A stretch of DNA of 64,000 bases, from positions 130,944,001-131,008,000 of the forward strand of contig NC_091980.1 in NCBI RefSeq assembly GCF_044704955.1, in the 5' to 3' direction. The notes beneath the pieces are model-generated. The model ran no database searches and had not been told where the DNA came from. It worked only from the letters and a program-made list of their open reading frames with translations. Positions 1-13,041 of the stretch are shown here, piece by piece. Every line of letters begins with the position of its first letter. Position 1 is the stretch's first letter. Source of the DNA: Pristiophorus japonicus. Taxonomy: Eukaryota. Position numbers and translations under genes: made by a program.

Positions 1-134
1 GCTCTGCATGGACCAATTAATGGCCAACTTGAAAGGTTCATTGAAACCCCTGTTGTTTGCGAGTCAGTGTCTTTTTAATAGTTCTGGATTGTTCAGTGGG
101 TTGGTCATTTTCAGGTATCTGCGGGTTTGAAGCA

Positions 135-345
135 ACATCCAAACAACTCATTGGATATTTATCGATAGACTTATGTCTGGAAATAGAGACAGAGAAGTCG
201 TGAAAGGGAAGTGAAGTGACAGAGATGGACCATGTGAAGGTGAGTGAAGGGTGGAAATTGGAAACATAGTGAATTAAATTTTCCAGTTTATTGTGAGAGC
301 AGGAAACAGTTATCAATGTGCTGGAAAAAGAGGTGAGGGAGGGGC
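135..345 (-). mobile_element. Penelope-like retroelement RT fragment (second copy ~39670-39890)
   Basis: Minus-strand peptide NFHPSLTFTWSIS...LPF(H/L)DFSVSI resembles the RT C-terminal motif of Penelope-like elements. Confidence 0.55.
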
Positions 346-349
346 CAAT

Positions 350-570
350 GTGGGATTTTAATACAAGGATAAGAATCTTGAATTTGAGGCGCTGTCAGAC
401 CGGGAGCCAATGATGGTCCACAAGCACAGGGGTTATGGGTGAATGGGACTAGGTGTGTGTTAGTACACAGGCAGCAGAGTTTTGGATGAGCTTAAGTTTA
501 TAGACCATGTAATGCCAGCAGGAGAGCATTGAAATAGTCAATTCTAGAGATAAAAAGGCACAGATGAGTA
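350..570 (-). mobile_element. L2-type LINE 3' fragment (copies ~39895-40110 and ~61030-61250)
   Basis: Peptide KLKLIQNSAACVLTHT followed by HITPVL-like sequence, typical of the L2 ORF2 C-terminus. Confidence 0.55.
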
Positions 571-1176
571 TTGTGCACAGTTCTGATCTCCACAGAATTA
601 TATAGAAAGTTAGAATTAATAATCTAAGAGAGACTTCAAAAGAATCTTCTTTACTCAGAGTGTTTAGAATGTTTAACTCGCTATCGAAAGGAATAGTTGA
701 GACAAAACACATAGACTCGTTTCAGGAGAAGCTAGATAAACAAATGAGGGAGGAAGGATTGGAAGGATCTGCTGATAGGGTTAAATGAAGTTGGGAAGAG
801 GCTCAGTGTGTGAAGTCAAGTCCTCTCAGTACTTCGCTCTCCATGCTCATGATTGAAAGACTATTAAATCGATCTTGTCCCATTCGGTTCCTCAACTCAT
901 CCTTGATGCGTTTTACGTTCGAGCAGGACCGCTCACCACTGCAATTTGCCGGGCTGAATGGCCTTTTTCTGTGCTGTAAATTCTATGTAATTCTTAAAAC
1001 ACGGGCACCTGTAAAGTTTTTCACATCGAGTGAGCTGAAGAATTTGTTTTGTCTGAAACATGAAGCCGTCAAACCCATCAGCACGCAAACCCAACCTGAA
1101 TTGTAGAATTGTGTCTCATCGACGTATGAGTTGTGGTGACATCGTTACACCAAAAGTGCCATTGAGAGATGCAAAG

Positions 1177-1389
1177 TGTTATGTATTTAACCCCTTGCAC
1201 CCTGTATTACATCACCACCAGAGGGCCTAACTGTGGGAGTCCAAAGGGTTCCCAGCATCCCTTGGAAGCATGGTATATAAGCAGGCTACCCACGAGGTAC
1301 CTGCACTCTGGAGACTTAGTAAAGGAGCTAAGTTCACACTTGCTCATTGTTCACAGTACTCAGTTTCATCCTTTATAGTGAAAGGATCA
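1177..1389 (+). mobile_element. Solo Gypsy-type LTR (orthologous copy ~42338-42533)
   Basis: TGTTATG...GGATCA ends, 5-bp TSD CAAAG (1172-1176 and 1390-1394), internal TATATAA and AGTAAA. Confidence 0.75.
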
Positions 1390-1397
1390 CAAAGTGT

Positions 1398-1645
1398 ATG
1401 GTAACATAGTGGTTATGTTACTGGACTAGTAATCCAGAGGCCTGGACTAATGATCCAAAGTCCCACCACGACAGCTGCGGAATTTAAATTCAGCGGATTG
1501 TCGTAAAAACCCATCTGGTTCACTAATGTCCTTAGGGATGGAAATCTGCCGTCCTTACCTGGCCTGGCCTATATGCGACTCCAAACCCACAGCAATGTGG
1601 TTGAGTCTTAACTGCCCTCTGAAATGGCCAAGCAAGCCACTGTGT
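1398..1645 (+). mobile_element. Probable tRNA-derived SINE
   Basis: A-box-like TGGTAACATAGTGG head followed by a body I recall from shark SINEs ('ccatctggttcactaatgtcc...gccgtccttacctgg'); family assignment is from memory. Confidence 0.45.
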
Positions 1646-2322
1646 TGTAACAAACCGCTACGAGAAACAATAATTAGAATAAAACAGGATGGACAACCCG
1701 GCATTGACCTCGGCACCGGCTTCTGACATGACAATGGTACACCCAGCCCAGTCGACCCTGCAAAGTCCTCCTCACTAACATCTGGTATCTTGTGCCTAAA
1801 TGGGGAGAGCGGTTCCACAGGTTAGTCAAGCAACAGCCTGACATAGTCATAATCACAGAATTGTACCTTTCAGCCAATGTCCCAGATTCCTCCATCACCA
1901 TCCCTGGTATGTCCTGTCCCAGCGAAAGGGCGGACCCACCAGAGGTGGTGACACAGTAGTATACAGTTGGGGGTAGCGGTAGGAGTCCTCAACATTTACT
2001 CTGGACCCGATCAAGTCCCATGGGTTGAGGTCAAGCATGGGCATGGAAACCTCCTGCTGATTACCACCTACCATCCTCCCTCAGCTGATGAATCAGTACT
2101 CCTCCATGTTGAAGGCCACTTGGAAGAAGCACTGGTAGTAGCAATGGGCTTCAATGTTCATCACCCAAAGTGGCTCGGTAGCACTGACCAAGCGGGGTGA
2201 GTCCTGAAGGACATAGCTGCCAGATTTGATGGTGAGAGTATCAACACAAGGGAAAAACCTACTGATCTTGTCCTCACCAATCTACCTATCACAGATGTAT
2301 CTGTCCATGACAGTATTGGTAG

Positions 2323-4208
2323 TGTTATGTATTGTCCAGGTACATTAAGTGTATAGTTACAATGCTGCGCCACAAGGGGCACTGTGGTGGGAGATCGGAA
2401 AGTACCTGCAAGACAGAGTATAAAAGGCTGCCCATCACATCTGAAGGGCATTCTGGAGTTACACAATAAAGGACTAAGGTCATAGCAGTTACTACAACAC
2501 CACACTGTGTGGAGTCAGTGATTTGAGTGCTACATACATCACAAATTGGCGACGAGGACACGGACGAGCTTTGCACGCAACCATGGCTACTTTGGGCATG
2601 CTAAAGGATTTCACAGAGGGTAATGACTGGGATGCCTTTACGAAAAGGCTCGAGTACTACTTTATAGCAAACGACCTGACAGGGAACATGAACGCATTGA
2701 TAGAGAAGCGTAAGGCGATATTGCTGTCCAGTTGTGGCGATGAGGTTTACCGTCTTGTCAGGGATTTGCTGGCACCCGCGAGTGCCAAGGACAAGTCATA
2801 TGAGCAGCTGATTGAACTCATTCGTAACCAACTGAAACCGAAGGAGAGCATCCTCACGGCCAGGCACAAATTCTACCACCACTGCAGACCTGAGGGCCAC
2901 GATGTCACAAAATATGCTGCGGACATCAGGAGACTTGCGGCGCCGTGCGATTTTGGCACACACCTTAACGAGACATTGCGAGACTTCTTTGTTATGGGGA
3001 TTGGCCATGAGGGTCTACTTCACAAGCTGCTATCCACTGAACCTACAGTCAGCCTGCAGCAAGCCATCAACATCAGCCGGGCATTTACTCACCTTGCAGC
3101 ACCAAGCAGATGATCCACACGGTCTCGAACCCGGCAGGTACTATTCACAGGACAGCGCCTGTCACGGCCAAAACTGCTCTGTCCAGTGGCTCTGCCCAGG
3201 GCAGAGAACATGGACCTCAGGGTCCTGGAACTCAGAGTCCGCCGAGGGGGGCTAATCGAGTAGCACCATGCTGGCGCTGTGGAGGAAGCCATGGGGCTCA
3301 CCGGTGCAAATTTGCGGAGTATACGTACAATACCTGCCACACAAAAGGCCACCTTCAGCGTATGTGCAAAAGAAACACAACACACCATGTGGCTGAGGAG
3401 ATGGTAGATGGTCTGCTGTCCAGCGAGGAGCATTGCGGTTTGGCTCGACGGGCATCCCGGCCCCAGGCAGAAGAAGATGATGCGTTTGGACTGTATACTT
3501 GTACCGAAGATTCGGCCCCAGTGATCATGGAAGTCAAGATTAACGGAGTCCCAGTATGGAAGTGGACATGGGGTCAGGTCAGTCGCTGATGAGTCAGGAA
3601 ACCTTTGATAAACTGTGGATCAACCCAGCTGCACGACCCAAGCTGGTCCCGGTCACAGCGAAGCTGCGCACCAACACGAAGGAACTGATACCTGTTCTTG
3701 GCAGAGCGGATGTGCAGGTATCTCACGGTGGTGAGCCACACGGTTTACCTTTGTGGATCATTGCAGGCGATGGGCCGACGCTACTCGTCAGGAGATGGAT
3801 GGGGAAGGTCCGTGGGAGCTGCGAAGACTTCATTTCTCCACAGACCACTGTCCCCCATGATCACAGGCAGAGCAGGCCTTCACCTTCGGATCGGATGGCA
3901 GCGAAGGAAGCGTGTGTGGGGTTGGGCAGAGCAGCGGCGGGCGTCGAATCTCCCCTGCGAAGTCTGAGAGTGAGAAAGAGGCGCTGGAACCAGCAACAGG
4001 CCGATTGTGCTGGAGAAGAGAGAAAGGCTTCGACGGGCTGCTCCAGCAGGCACCGTCGGCCCGCAGGCAGAGGCAGCCGTTAGCGGGTGGAGCGGTGAAT
4101 CGGCAGTTCCGGGAGCGCGACTCGCTCGGCAACATCGTGAGGGCCAGTGCTCTGAGGAGCGGGGCTCGCACAGGACCGGCTGCAGCAGTGAGGAGGTCGG
4201 CTCCGGAG

Positions 4209-4255
<47 letters not shown>

Positions 4256-5248
4256 TGGCACCCGGGCAAAAAGTTCAGCTGCGTGGGGTGCTCCGGAGTA
4301 TGCGGCGGTGCGGGGGCCGGTGCGTTGCGTCTCCCGGGTGCGGTCAGAGTGTGGCGGATCTCGAGAGAGAGAGAGGGAGAGCAGGCAGCAGCACTGCGAG
4401 TTCAAGATGACGGCGAGTCTCGTGGCAGCAGAGTTCTGCAGGGAGAGGCAGGCAGGCACCAGCAGAGCACCTAAAATGGCGGCGCCCTTGGAAACCTTGT
4501 GGGAAAAACCAAATGCCGTCTTAAAAGGGAAATGTACCTGGGAGTCTTAAAGTTGCGTTACACTGTTGCCGGTCCCCACAAAGAGGCTTTTGTAAGGGCA
4601 AGAGCGAGTCAAAATGATTGCTGTGATTTGTATGATGATATGATTTATGACAAGAGTTAATATTTTGATGTTAAAATGATAACTGTGGTTAAAATGATTG
4701 ATATGATTGCTGAAAAGAGTTAACATCACAATGCACAGTTCAAAGGGTTAATGGACCTGTGACTAACATGACTAATAGATTAATGCGATTTCTGATTTTA
4801 TTTGATTTATGCAATGGTTCAGCGTCTGCAGACAAGCCACAAAGGCAACTATTTTCTGAGAACAGAGGCAGCGCACTAGTTGCAACACCCTGTCTCAGCG
4901 CAGCCCATTACCTTGGGCAAAAAGGGACAGTATGCCGCCACCATACCTCACCCAGTGGAGCTGGGATTAAATAACTGTTCAGTGTAGAATGTGCTTTTGG
5001 AACTGCAACGGGGGGGGCGCAGTGAGATGTTATGTATTGTCCAGGTACATTAAATGCGTAGTTACAACGGTGTGCCACAAGGGGCACTCTGGTGGGAGAC
5101 CCGAAAGTACCTGCAAGACAGAGTATAAAAGGCTTCCCACCACATCTGAGGGGCACTCTGGAGTTACAAAACAAAGGACTAAGGTTACAGCAGTTACTAC
5201 AACACCAGACTGTGTGTAGTCAGTGATTTGAGTGCTACATACATCACA
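2323..5248 (+). mobile_element. Non-autonomous Gypsy/Ty3-type LTR element (gag + protease only, no RT/RNaseH/IN)
   Basis: 221-bp LTRs at 2323-2543 and 5028-5248 (TG...CA), 5-bp TSD GGTAG, PBS TGGCGACGAG after the 5' LTR, G-rich PPT before the 3' LTR. Gag ORFs 2523..3113 and 3110..3589 with zinc knuckles; degenerate protease (VDMGS). Empty site in unit 2 at ~45087. Confidence 0.9.
4212..4254. repeat. (GT)n microsatellite, about 21 units
   Basis: Direct reading; it generates the spurious CVCV/HTHT ORFs. Confidence 0.95.
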
Positions 5249-7689
5249 GGTAGCAGTGACCACCACACATTCCTTGTGGGGATAAAGTCTTCTCTTCACA
5301 CTGAGGACAAGCTCCTTCATGGTGAGTGGCTTGACCACAGTGTTAAATGGAATAGATTCAAAACAGATCTAGCAGCTCAAAACTGGGCATCCATGAGGCA
5401 TTGTGGGTCATCAGCAACTGCAGAATTGTATTGCACCACAACCTGTAACTTCATGAGCACACCACTAGCCAAGCTGTTCCAGTACTGAAACATTGGCATC
5501 TACCCAACACTGTGAAAAACTGCCCATGTATGTCCTGTCCAGAAAAAGCAGGACAAATCCATGAAGGCCAATTACCGCCCCATCAGTCTACTCTCAATCA
5601 TCAGCAAAGTGAGGGAAGATTTGTTGACAATAATCTGCTCACCAATGCACAGTTTGGGTTGTGCCAGGAACACTCTGCTCCTGATCTCATTACAGCCTTG
5701 GTCCAAATATCTACAAAGGATCTGAATTCCAGGTGAGGTGAGAGTGACTGCCTTTGACAGCAAGGCAGCATCTGATGGAGTGCGGCATCAAGTAGCCCTT
5801 GTAAAATTGAAGTCAATGCGAATATCGAAAACTCTTGACGAGCTGGACTCATATCTAGCACAAAGGAAGTGGTTGTTGGAGGTCAATCATCTCAGTCCCA
5901 GGACACCGCTGCAGGAATACCTCAGGGCAGTGTCCTTGGCCCAACCATCTTAAGCTGCTTCATCAATGATCTTCCCTCTATCATAAAGGCCAGAAGTGGG
6001 GATGTTCGCTGATGATTCCACAGTGTTCTGTTCCATTTTCAACACATCAGAAAATGAAGCAGTCCATGCCCACATGCAGCAAGACCTGGATGACATTCAG
6101 TGTGGGGCTGATAATGGACAAGTAACAATAGCAGCACACAAGTGCCAGGCAAAGACTATCTGCAAAAAGCAAGAGACTAACCAGCTGCCCTTAACAATCA
6201 CTGTCGCTGAATCCCCAACATTAACCCTTCACCGCTGATCAGGAAATGAACTCGCTCGGCCGCATAAATACTCTGGTAATAAGAGCGGGCCAAAGGCTGG
6301 GTATTTTGCGGTGAGTGTCTCACCTCTTGACACCCTAAAGTCTTTCCAGCATCGAGACGGCACAAGTTAGGAGTGTGGTGGAATACTCTCCACTTGACTG
6401 GATGAGTGCGGCTTCAGCAATCATCAAGAAGCTCGACACCATCCAGGACAAAGCAGGCCGCTTGATCGGCATCCCATCAGCCACCTTCCACATTCACTGC
6501 GTCCACCACCGGTGCACCATGGCTGCAGTGTGTACCATCGAAATGATGCACTGCAGCAACTCACCAAGGCTTTTACAGCAGCACAAGCCATCCCACGAGC
6601 TCTAGCAATTAGAAGGACAAGGGCAGCAGAAGTTTGGGAATACTGTCACCTGCAAGTTCACCTCCACGTTACACACCAACCTGACTTGGAAATATATCGC
6701 CATTCCTTTTTCGTCACTGCGGCAAAATCCAGGAACTCCCTTACTAAAAGCACTATGGGAGTATCTTCACGACAAGACTGCAGCGGTTCAAGAAGATGGC
6801 TGACCAGCACCTTCTCAAAGGCAATTAGGGATGGGCAATAAATGTTGTCCTTGAGCTCAAACATTGTGGGTCTCTATAGCTGTTACTCACTTCTTTACCC
6901 ACACAGCTTAATAGAAAATCCACAGCAGCAGCGGTGCATTTACTGACCTACCGCAGTAAAAACTCTGAATGCAAAGAGCATAGATGCATTTAAGGGAAAG
7001 CTAGATAAACACGAGAGAGAAAGGAATAGAAGGATCTGCTAATAAGTCTAGATGAAGTGGGTTGGGAGAAGACTCACATGGAGCATAAACCACAGCATGG
7101 CCTAGTTGGCCCGGATGGTCTTTTTCTGTGCTATAAATTGTAAGTAATTCTTAAAACACGAGCACCTGTAAAGTTTCACATCAAGTGAGCTGGAGATTTT
7201 ATTGAATACATGAAGCCATCAAACCCAGCAGCACGCAAACCTAGGCCGACTCATGGAACTGTGGCTCATCAATATATGAAATTTTGACACATCGATATCC
7301 CAAAGGTGCTTGAGTGTTGCTAAGACATTAACGTGGAATGTCTGTACATGGCAATTTAATTGCATTCAATTCCTAAAAATAACTTGTAAACACTGGATTA
7401 TTGGAGCTGCAGCAATACCATTTGAATCCATTCATCGCCACGAAGGAGAGAAATGGAGATCTAATCCAGGGTGATAGTAATTAAATACACAATGGTACTA
7501 AAAAAAAAATTGATCGTAGACTTAGAAATTGAGTGTTTCAGCATAGTGGCCAGGGCAGGGTAGAAATGGGTTTAACATCTTGTGCCTTTTGCTTTGTGGA
7601 TTGAAATACATTTACTCCTTCCAGAAGTATTACATTTTGTTGGAGAATAGTTAGTCTTTCAATACCTTACCCAATTGCTTATTCATGTG

Positions 7690-10600
7690 TGTCATGTTTG
7701 TAAGCTTCACATAACTGTAACCTTTATGTAACAACATTGTACACTGTATACACCTGAGAAATGCACATCTTGACCACAGGCGGTGAACTTGTAGGAGACA
7801 CTCCTCAGCTGGTTATCCAGGTATAAAGGTAAGTCCCACGCAGTGTCAGCACTACTTGGCCCTGGGAATAAAGGTTCAGGTCACATAGTGACTTTGCCTG
7901 TAGTACATGCCTCGTGTGATTCTATAGCAAGGTGTAAGGACACTACATTTGGCGACGAGAAACGGGAATCAGCGACCCACGAGGATGGCCACTGGTAGCA
8001 CAGAGGAACGGTACTGTGTTGGTGAGGACTGGGACGATTTCGTTGAGAGGCTCCAGCAGAGCTTTGTCACGAAGGACTGGCTGGGAGAGGAAGCGGCTGA
8101 CCAGCTGCGGATCCAAGACTTATGCGCTGAGAAGCCGGCGGACAAGTCCTTTGACGAGCTCAGCACACTGATCGGTGAGCACCTCAAACCAGCGATCAGT
8201 ATACACGTGGCCGAGCACCGGTTCTATAAACACCGGCGTCGGGAGGGACAAAGCATATCGGACTTCGTTGCGGACCTTCGACGATTGGCCAGACTCTGTA
8301 AGTTCACAGACGCCTGCAGGGGGGAGATGTTAAGGGATTTCTTCATTGAGGGCATTGGTCAGGCCGGGATTTTCAGGAAGCTTATTGAGACCAACGACTT
8401 GACTTTGGAAAGGGCAGCGTTGATAGCTCAGACCTTCATGGCAAGGGAAGAGGAGACCAAGATAATTTATGCGCGCAGCCCTGGTTCCAACGTGGCGATG
8501 GACCAGGAAGTTAACATTGTAAACGAGACTCAGAACCCCTCAGACAGGCAAGGGCAATTCGACACCGCCCAGGCAGCAGCAGACTCTCGGGTGGGCCAGC
8601 AACAGAGACAATGGCAGGGGGATCAGCAATTCACGCCATCACAAGGGACAATGCGTCCTGGGATGGGACCATTGACACTCACCAACAGAGTGCTCAGGAG
8701 TAATCAAAGAGACAATCAGAGAGGAATGCCTGGTAACAGTTCCTTTGTTCACAACAATCTCAGCTCATGCTGGAGGTGCGTTGGCAGACATCTTGCGAAA
8801 ACCTGTAGGTATCAACAATTTATCTGTAGAAACTGTAATTTCAGTGGACATTTGGCCAGAATGTGCAGAAAGCCCGTTGCGAGGCTAGTTTACGAGGCAG
8901 AGGAACCAGACGAGGGGTCTGCAAGGCAGGTTGATGCTTGGGGCAAAGTTATGGACGCTGAAGTCCAGTGGATTCATGTGGCAGACATCCACAGTTCGTA
9001 TACCAAAACACCACCTATGATGATGAAAGTACAATTAAATGGCATCCCCGGTACGCATGGAGCTGGATACAGGAGCCAGCCAGTCACTTATGAGTGCCCA
9101 ACAATTTGAAAAACTATGGCCACTCAAAGCTAACAGGTCCAAACTAGAACGCATTGACACGCAGTTACGGACGTACACCAGAGTGATCATCCCAGTGCTA
9201 GTCAGTGCAAACTTGGTGGTCACACACAATGGATCGGAGAACCAGCTGCCGCTCTGGATTGTCCACAGGGAATGGTCCTGCGCTCTTGTGGAAGAGATGG
9301 TTGGCCGAGATGAACTGAAAATGGGAGGATGTGCACGCCATTTCTTCTGTGGAGTGAAGTTCATGCTCACATGTCCTACAGAAATTTGAGTCACTTTTTC
9401 AACCAGGTGTCGGGACTTTTAAGGGCACCAAAGTAGTGATACGCAACACCCCGGACGCCAGGCCAGTGCAGCACAAAGCCAGAGCCATGCCGTATGTGAT
9501 GCGTGAGAGGATTGAGAGTGAGATGACAGACTGCTAAGAGACGGCATAATTTTGCCTGTTGAATTGAGTGACTAGGCAAGCCCCATCGGTCCTGCCTTAA
9601 AGTGGATGGCTCGGCCAGGATTTGTGACGACTACAAGGCCACCATCAAACAAGTGTCACTACAGGACCAATACCCTCTTCTGAGAGCGGAGGATCTTTTT
9701 GCCACGCTGGCAGTTGGCAAGCTGTTCACCAAGTTGGCTGAAGAACCCAAGTTTCTGACCACCATCACTACGCACAAGGGGCTATTTGTTTACAACAGGT
9801 GTCCGTTAGGCATCCATTCAGCGGCCACTATCTTCCAGAGGAACATGGAAAGCCTGCTTAAATCCATTCCTGGAACAATCGAATTCCAACATGACCTTCT
9901 AATCACGGGTCGAGACACCGAGGAACACCTCGTCAACCTGGAGGAGGTGCTACGCCGACTGGATCGGGTAGGCCTGCGACTAAAGAAGTCCAAGTGCGTG
10001 TTTTTGGCCCCAGAGGTCGAGTTTTTGGGCAGGAGCGTTGCCGCAGACGGGATCCGGCCTACCGAATCCAAAATGGAGGCGATCCGTCGTGCGCCCAGGC
10101 CCGGCAACATATCAGAGTTGCGGTCATTCCTGGGATTCTTAAACTACTTCGGGAACTTTCTGCCGAACTTAAGCACATTGTTGGAGCCGCTACAAGTGCT
10201 CTTGTGTAAGGGTTGCGAATGGTTTTAGCGGGATTGTCAAGAACGGGCTTTCAATCGGGCGCGGAACCTGCTTTGTTCTAACAAGCTGTTGACCTTGTAC
10301 AACCCCTGTAAGAAACTGGTTTTAATGTGTGATGCGTCATCCTATGGGGTAGGATGCATGTTGCAGCAGAGTAATGATGAGGGCTAACTCCAACCTGTAG
10401 CTTATGCCTCCAGGTCACTCTCCCAGGAAGAACGGCGATATGGGATGGTTGAAAAGGAAGCACTCGCATGTGTCTACGGGATGAAAAAGATGCACTAGTA
10501 CCTTTTCGGCAGAAGATTCGAGTTAGAAACAGACCACAAGCCATTAACATCCCTGTTGTATGGCAGCAAAGCTGTCAATGCCAATGCTTGCATACAGCGG

Positions 10601-13041
10601 TGGGCCCTCACGCTGGCTGTGTATGACTATACCATACGGCAGTGGCCAGGCACAGAAAATTGCGCTGACGCGCTTATCAGGCTTCCACTGTTGACCACTG
10701 AGGGGGCGTCGGAGCAAAGCGCGGAGATGGTCATGGCCGTTGAGGCTTTCGACACTGCAGGCTCCCCCATCACAGACCGCCAGATCAAAATCTGGACCAA
10801 CAGAGATCCCCTCCTATCCCTGATAAAGAAATGTGTCCTGACTGGGGATTGGGCTCCCGCACACGGAGCGTGCCCTGAGGAGGTCAGACTGATTCACAGA
10901 CGGATGGATGAGCTCTCCATCCAAGCCGACTGCCTTCTATGGGGCAGCCGGGTAGTCATGCCCCAGAAAGGAAGGGAAGCATTCATCAGGGAACTCCACA
11001 GCGAGCACCCAGGCATCGTGTTAATGAAGGCCATTTCCCGGTCAAATGTATGGTGGCCAGGAATTGACTCACACCTGGAACACTGTGTTCGCAGGTGCAT
11101 GACGTGTGCTCAGCTAGGAAATGCCCCCAGGGAGGCCCCACTCAGCCCGTGGCCCTGGCCCACCAGGCCATGGTCACGCATTCATGTAGACTACGCGGGC
11201 CCGTTCATGGGAAAAATGTTCCCGATTGTTGTCGATGCATACTCGAAATGGATTGAGTGCATCCTATTGAATTTGTGCACGACATCCACCATTGTGGAGA
11301 GTCTGCGTACGGTCTTTGCCACCCACGGCTTGCCAGACATCCTAGTTAGCGACAATGGCCCGTGTTTCACTAGCTATGAATTCCAGGAGTTTATGTCGGG
11401 TAATGGTATCAAACACGTCAGGACAGTGCCATTCAAGCCGGCTTCCAATGGCCAGGCGGAACGTGCGTTTCAAATCATAAAACAGGGCATGCTCCGGATT
11501 CAAGGACACTCCCTTCAGTAGCGCCTATCGCGCCTCCTGCTGGCCTACAAGTCCCGACCGCATTCGCTCACGGGAGCCCCGCCCACGGAACTACTCATGA
11601 AATGCACGCTTAAGACGCAGCTGTCCTTCATTCATCCAGTCCTGTCAGACATTGTTGAGGGCAAGCGCCAGTCCCAAATCGAGTGCCATGATCGAAACTC
11701 AGTGGGGAGATGCAAAGAAATCAATGACCCTGTATTCATTCTCAATTATGCTTTGGGACCCAAGTGGCAAAGAGGGGAATAGGGTCATAGTGGTCAGACT
11801 TAACAATGAGCAGATATGCTGCAAACATCTGGACCAAGTAAAGAAAAGGTTCAACATGTACACTGAGGAACTGTCGAAATCTCGACCTCAGAAAAGAATG
11901 ACTCCGACACTTACAGCTCCGATGGAAGTTTCCCTTTTAATTTACTTGCTCGCAAGGGGTAGGTTTCACTCAGTCAAGGGCCAAATGAACACCTCCGCAA
12001 TGGTACAGCTTCACAAGATATTTATACAGTAAAACCCAAGTTCTGGCCTCTCCCTGTGTATTGCTCTGTCTCACAGTCAGTGAATACAGATAAAGAGTTA
12101 ATTACTATATCCTGGTACTGAAATGGTGTCAAGATATTTCCTTTTGTCAGGGTTATCAGAAAGCCAAACGGCCATTACTCCATGAGTCATAGGTAATGGG
12201 CTATCACCTGTCTTGTATTGTATCAGGATTATCCAATTTCCTGGTCAGTTTACCTGTTTGCTTCAAATGGATGAGGTAAAGGAAAGAGATAATGGCTAGA
12301 AGATAAGGGTGGGGTGACATGGAACTCCTGTAGTGTAGACAATAGGAGAGCACCATGGGAGTTACTTGTCTCAGCATGACTTGTCTCCTAGCTGTCTGAT
12401 AACCATCAGCCATCTAACAGCAGGTTTAGCTGTTCATAATAAGCTGGCTGCTAAAATGCAGAAAGTTCTGGAAGGGCCAGGACTCCATTTTAATCAAAAG
12501 GCACACAAATACCGTATGGTATCAGCTTAGATAAAAATACATTTCCACCGAACCTGAGGAAGATCATGAGATGTTGCCTACACCATTGCCAGTGAACGAG
12601 CAACAAGGACATTCACCAGCATGCACAGTCCCTGCGGCCAGCCCTGACAGACAGGAATCACCTCAGGCGACAGAGACGTATGCCAAGTCTCAACCACCAA
12701 AGCGCCAACTGCAGCGCTCCATGAGAGAGCATCGACTGCGGGAAAGACTCAATCTTTGACCCAAAGATGGTGGGGGGAGGTGTTGTCATGTTTGTAACCT
12801 TCACATAACTAACCTTTATGTAACAACACTGTGCACTGTATCCATCTGAGAAATGCACACCTTGACCACAGGGGGTGAACTTATGTGAGACACTCCACAC
12901 CTGGTCATCCAGGTACATAAAGGAAGGTCCCACGCAGGGTTAGCACTTCTTGGTCCTGGTAATAAAGGTTCAGACCACATAATGACTTTGTCTGCAGTAC
13001 AGGCCTCGTAAAATTCTATAGTAAGATGTAAGGACACTACA
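7690..13041 (+). mobile_element. Full-length but degenerate Gypsy/Ty3 LTR retrotransposon
   Basis: LTRs 7690-7947 and 12784-13041, PBS TGGCGACGAG, PPT 'ggtggggggaggtgt'. Gag 7949..9109 with Cys/His knuckles, protease LDTGA (9039..9389), RT 9602..10228, RNaseH remnants, integrase 10556..11521 (HHCC, HVDYAGP, SDNG, NGQAER). TSD ATGTG/ATATG; empty site ACGTG at ~47463. Multiple stops and frameshifts. Confidence 0.95.
11872..12549 (-). mobile_element. Solo LTR (ERV-like, 678 bp) nested in the Gypsy integrase 3' region
   Basis: 4-bp TSD GAAC (11868-11871 and 12550-12553), imperfect inverted termini TGTCGAAAT...ATTTCCACC, minus-strand TATAAATA (~12020) followed by ATTAAA (~11938). Confidence 0.7.

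Larger units (their letters stand above)
1720..6850 (+). mobile_element. Decayed CR1/L2-group LINE interrupted by the 2323-5248 LTR element (uninterrupted copy ~44480-46640)
   Basis: Endonuclease-like QQPDIVIITE, RT remnants including MFADD (5996..), and a 3' end 'gggatgggcaataaatg'; many frameshifts. Confidence 0.75.

Noticed and set aside
810-1106. 98-aa ORF conserved at 41971..42267
   Set aside because: Non-ATG start, made of repeat fragments; the conservation is explained by the segmental duplication.
3830-4550. Several overlapping 130-210-aa ORFs with CVCV/HTHT runs
   Set aside because: By-product of GC-rich sequence and the (GT)n tract inside an LTR element; no recognisable domain.
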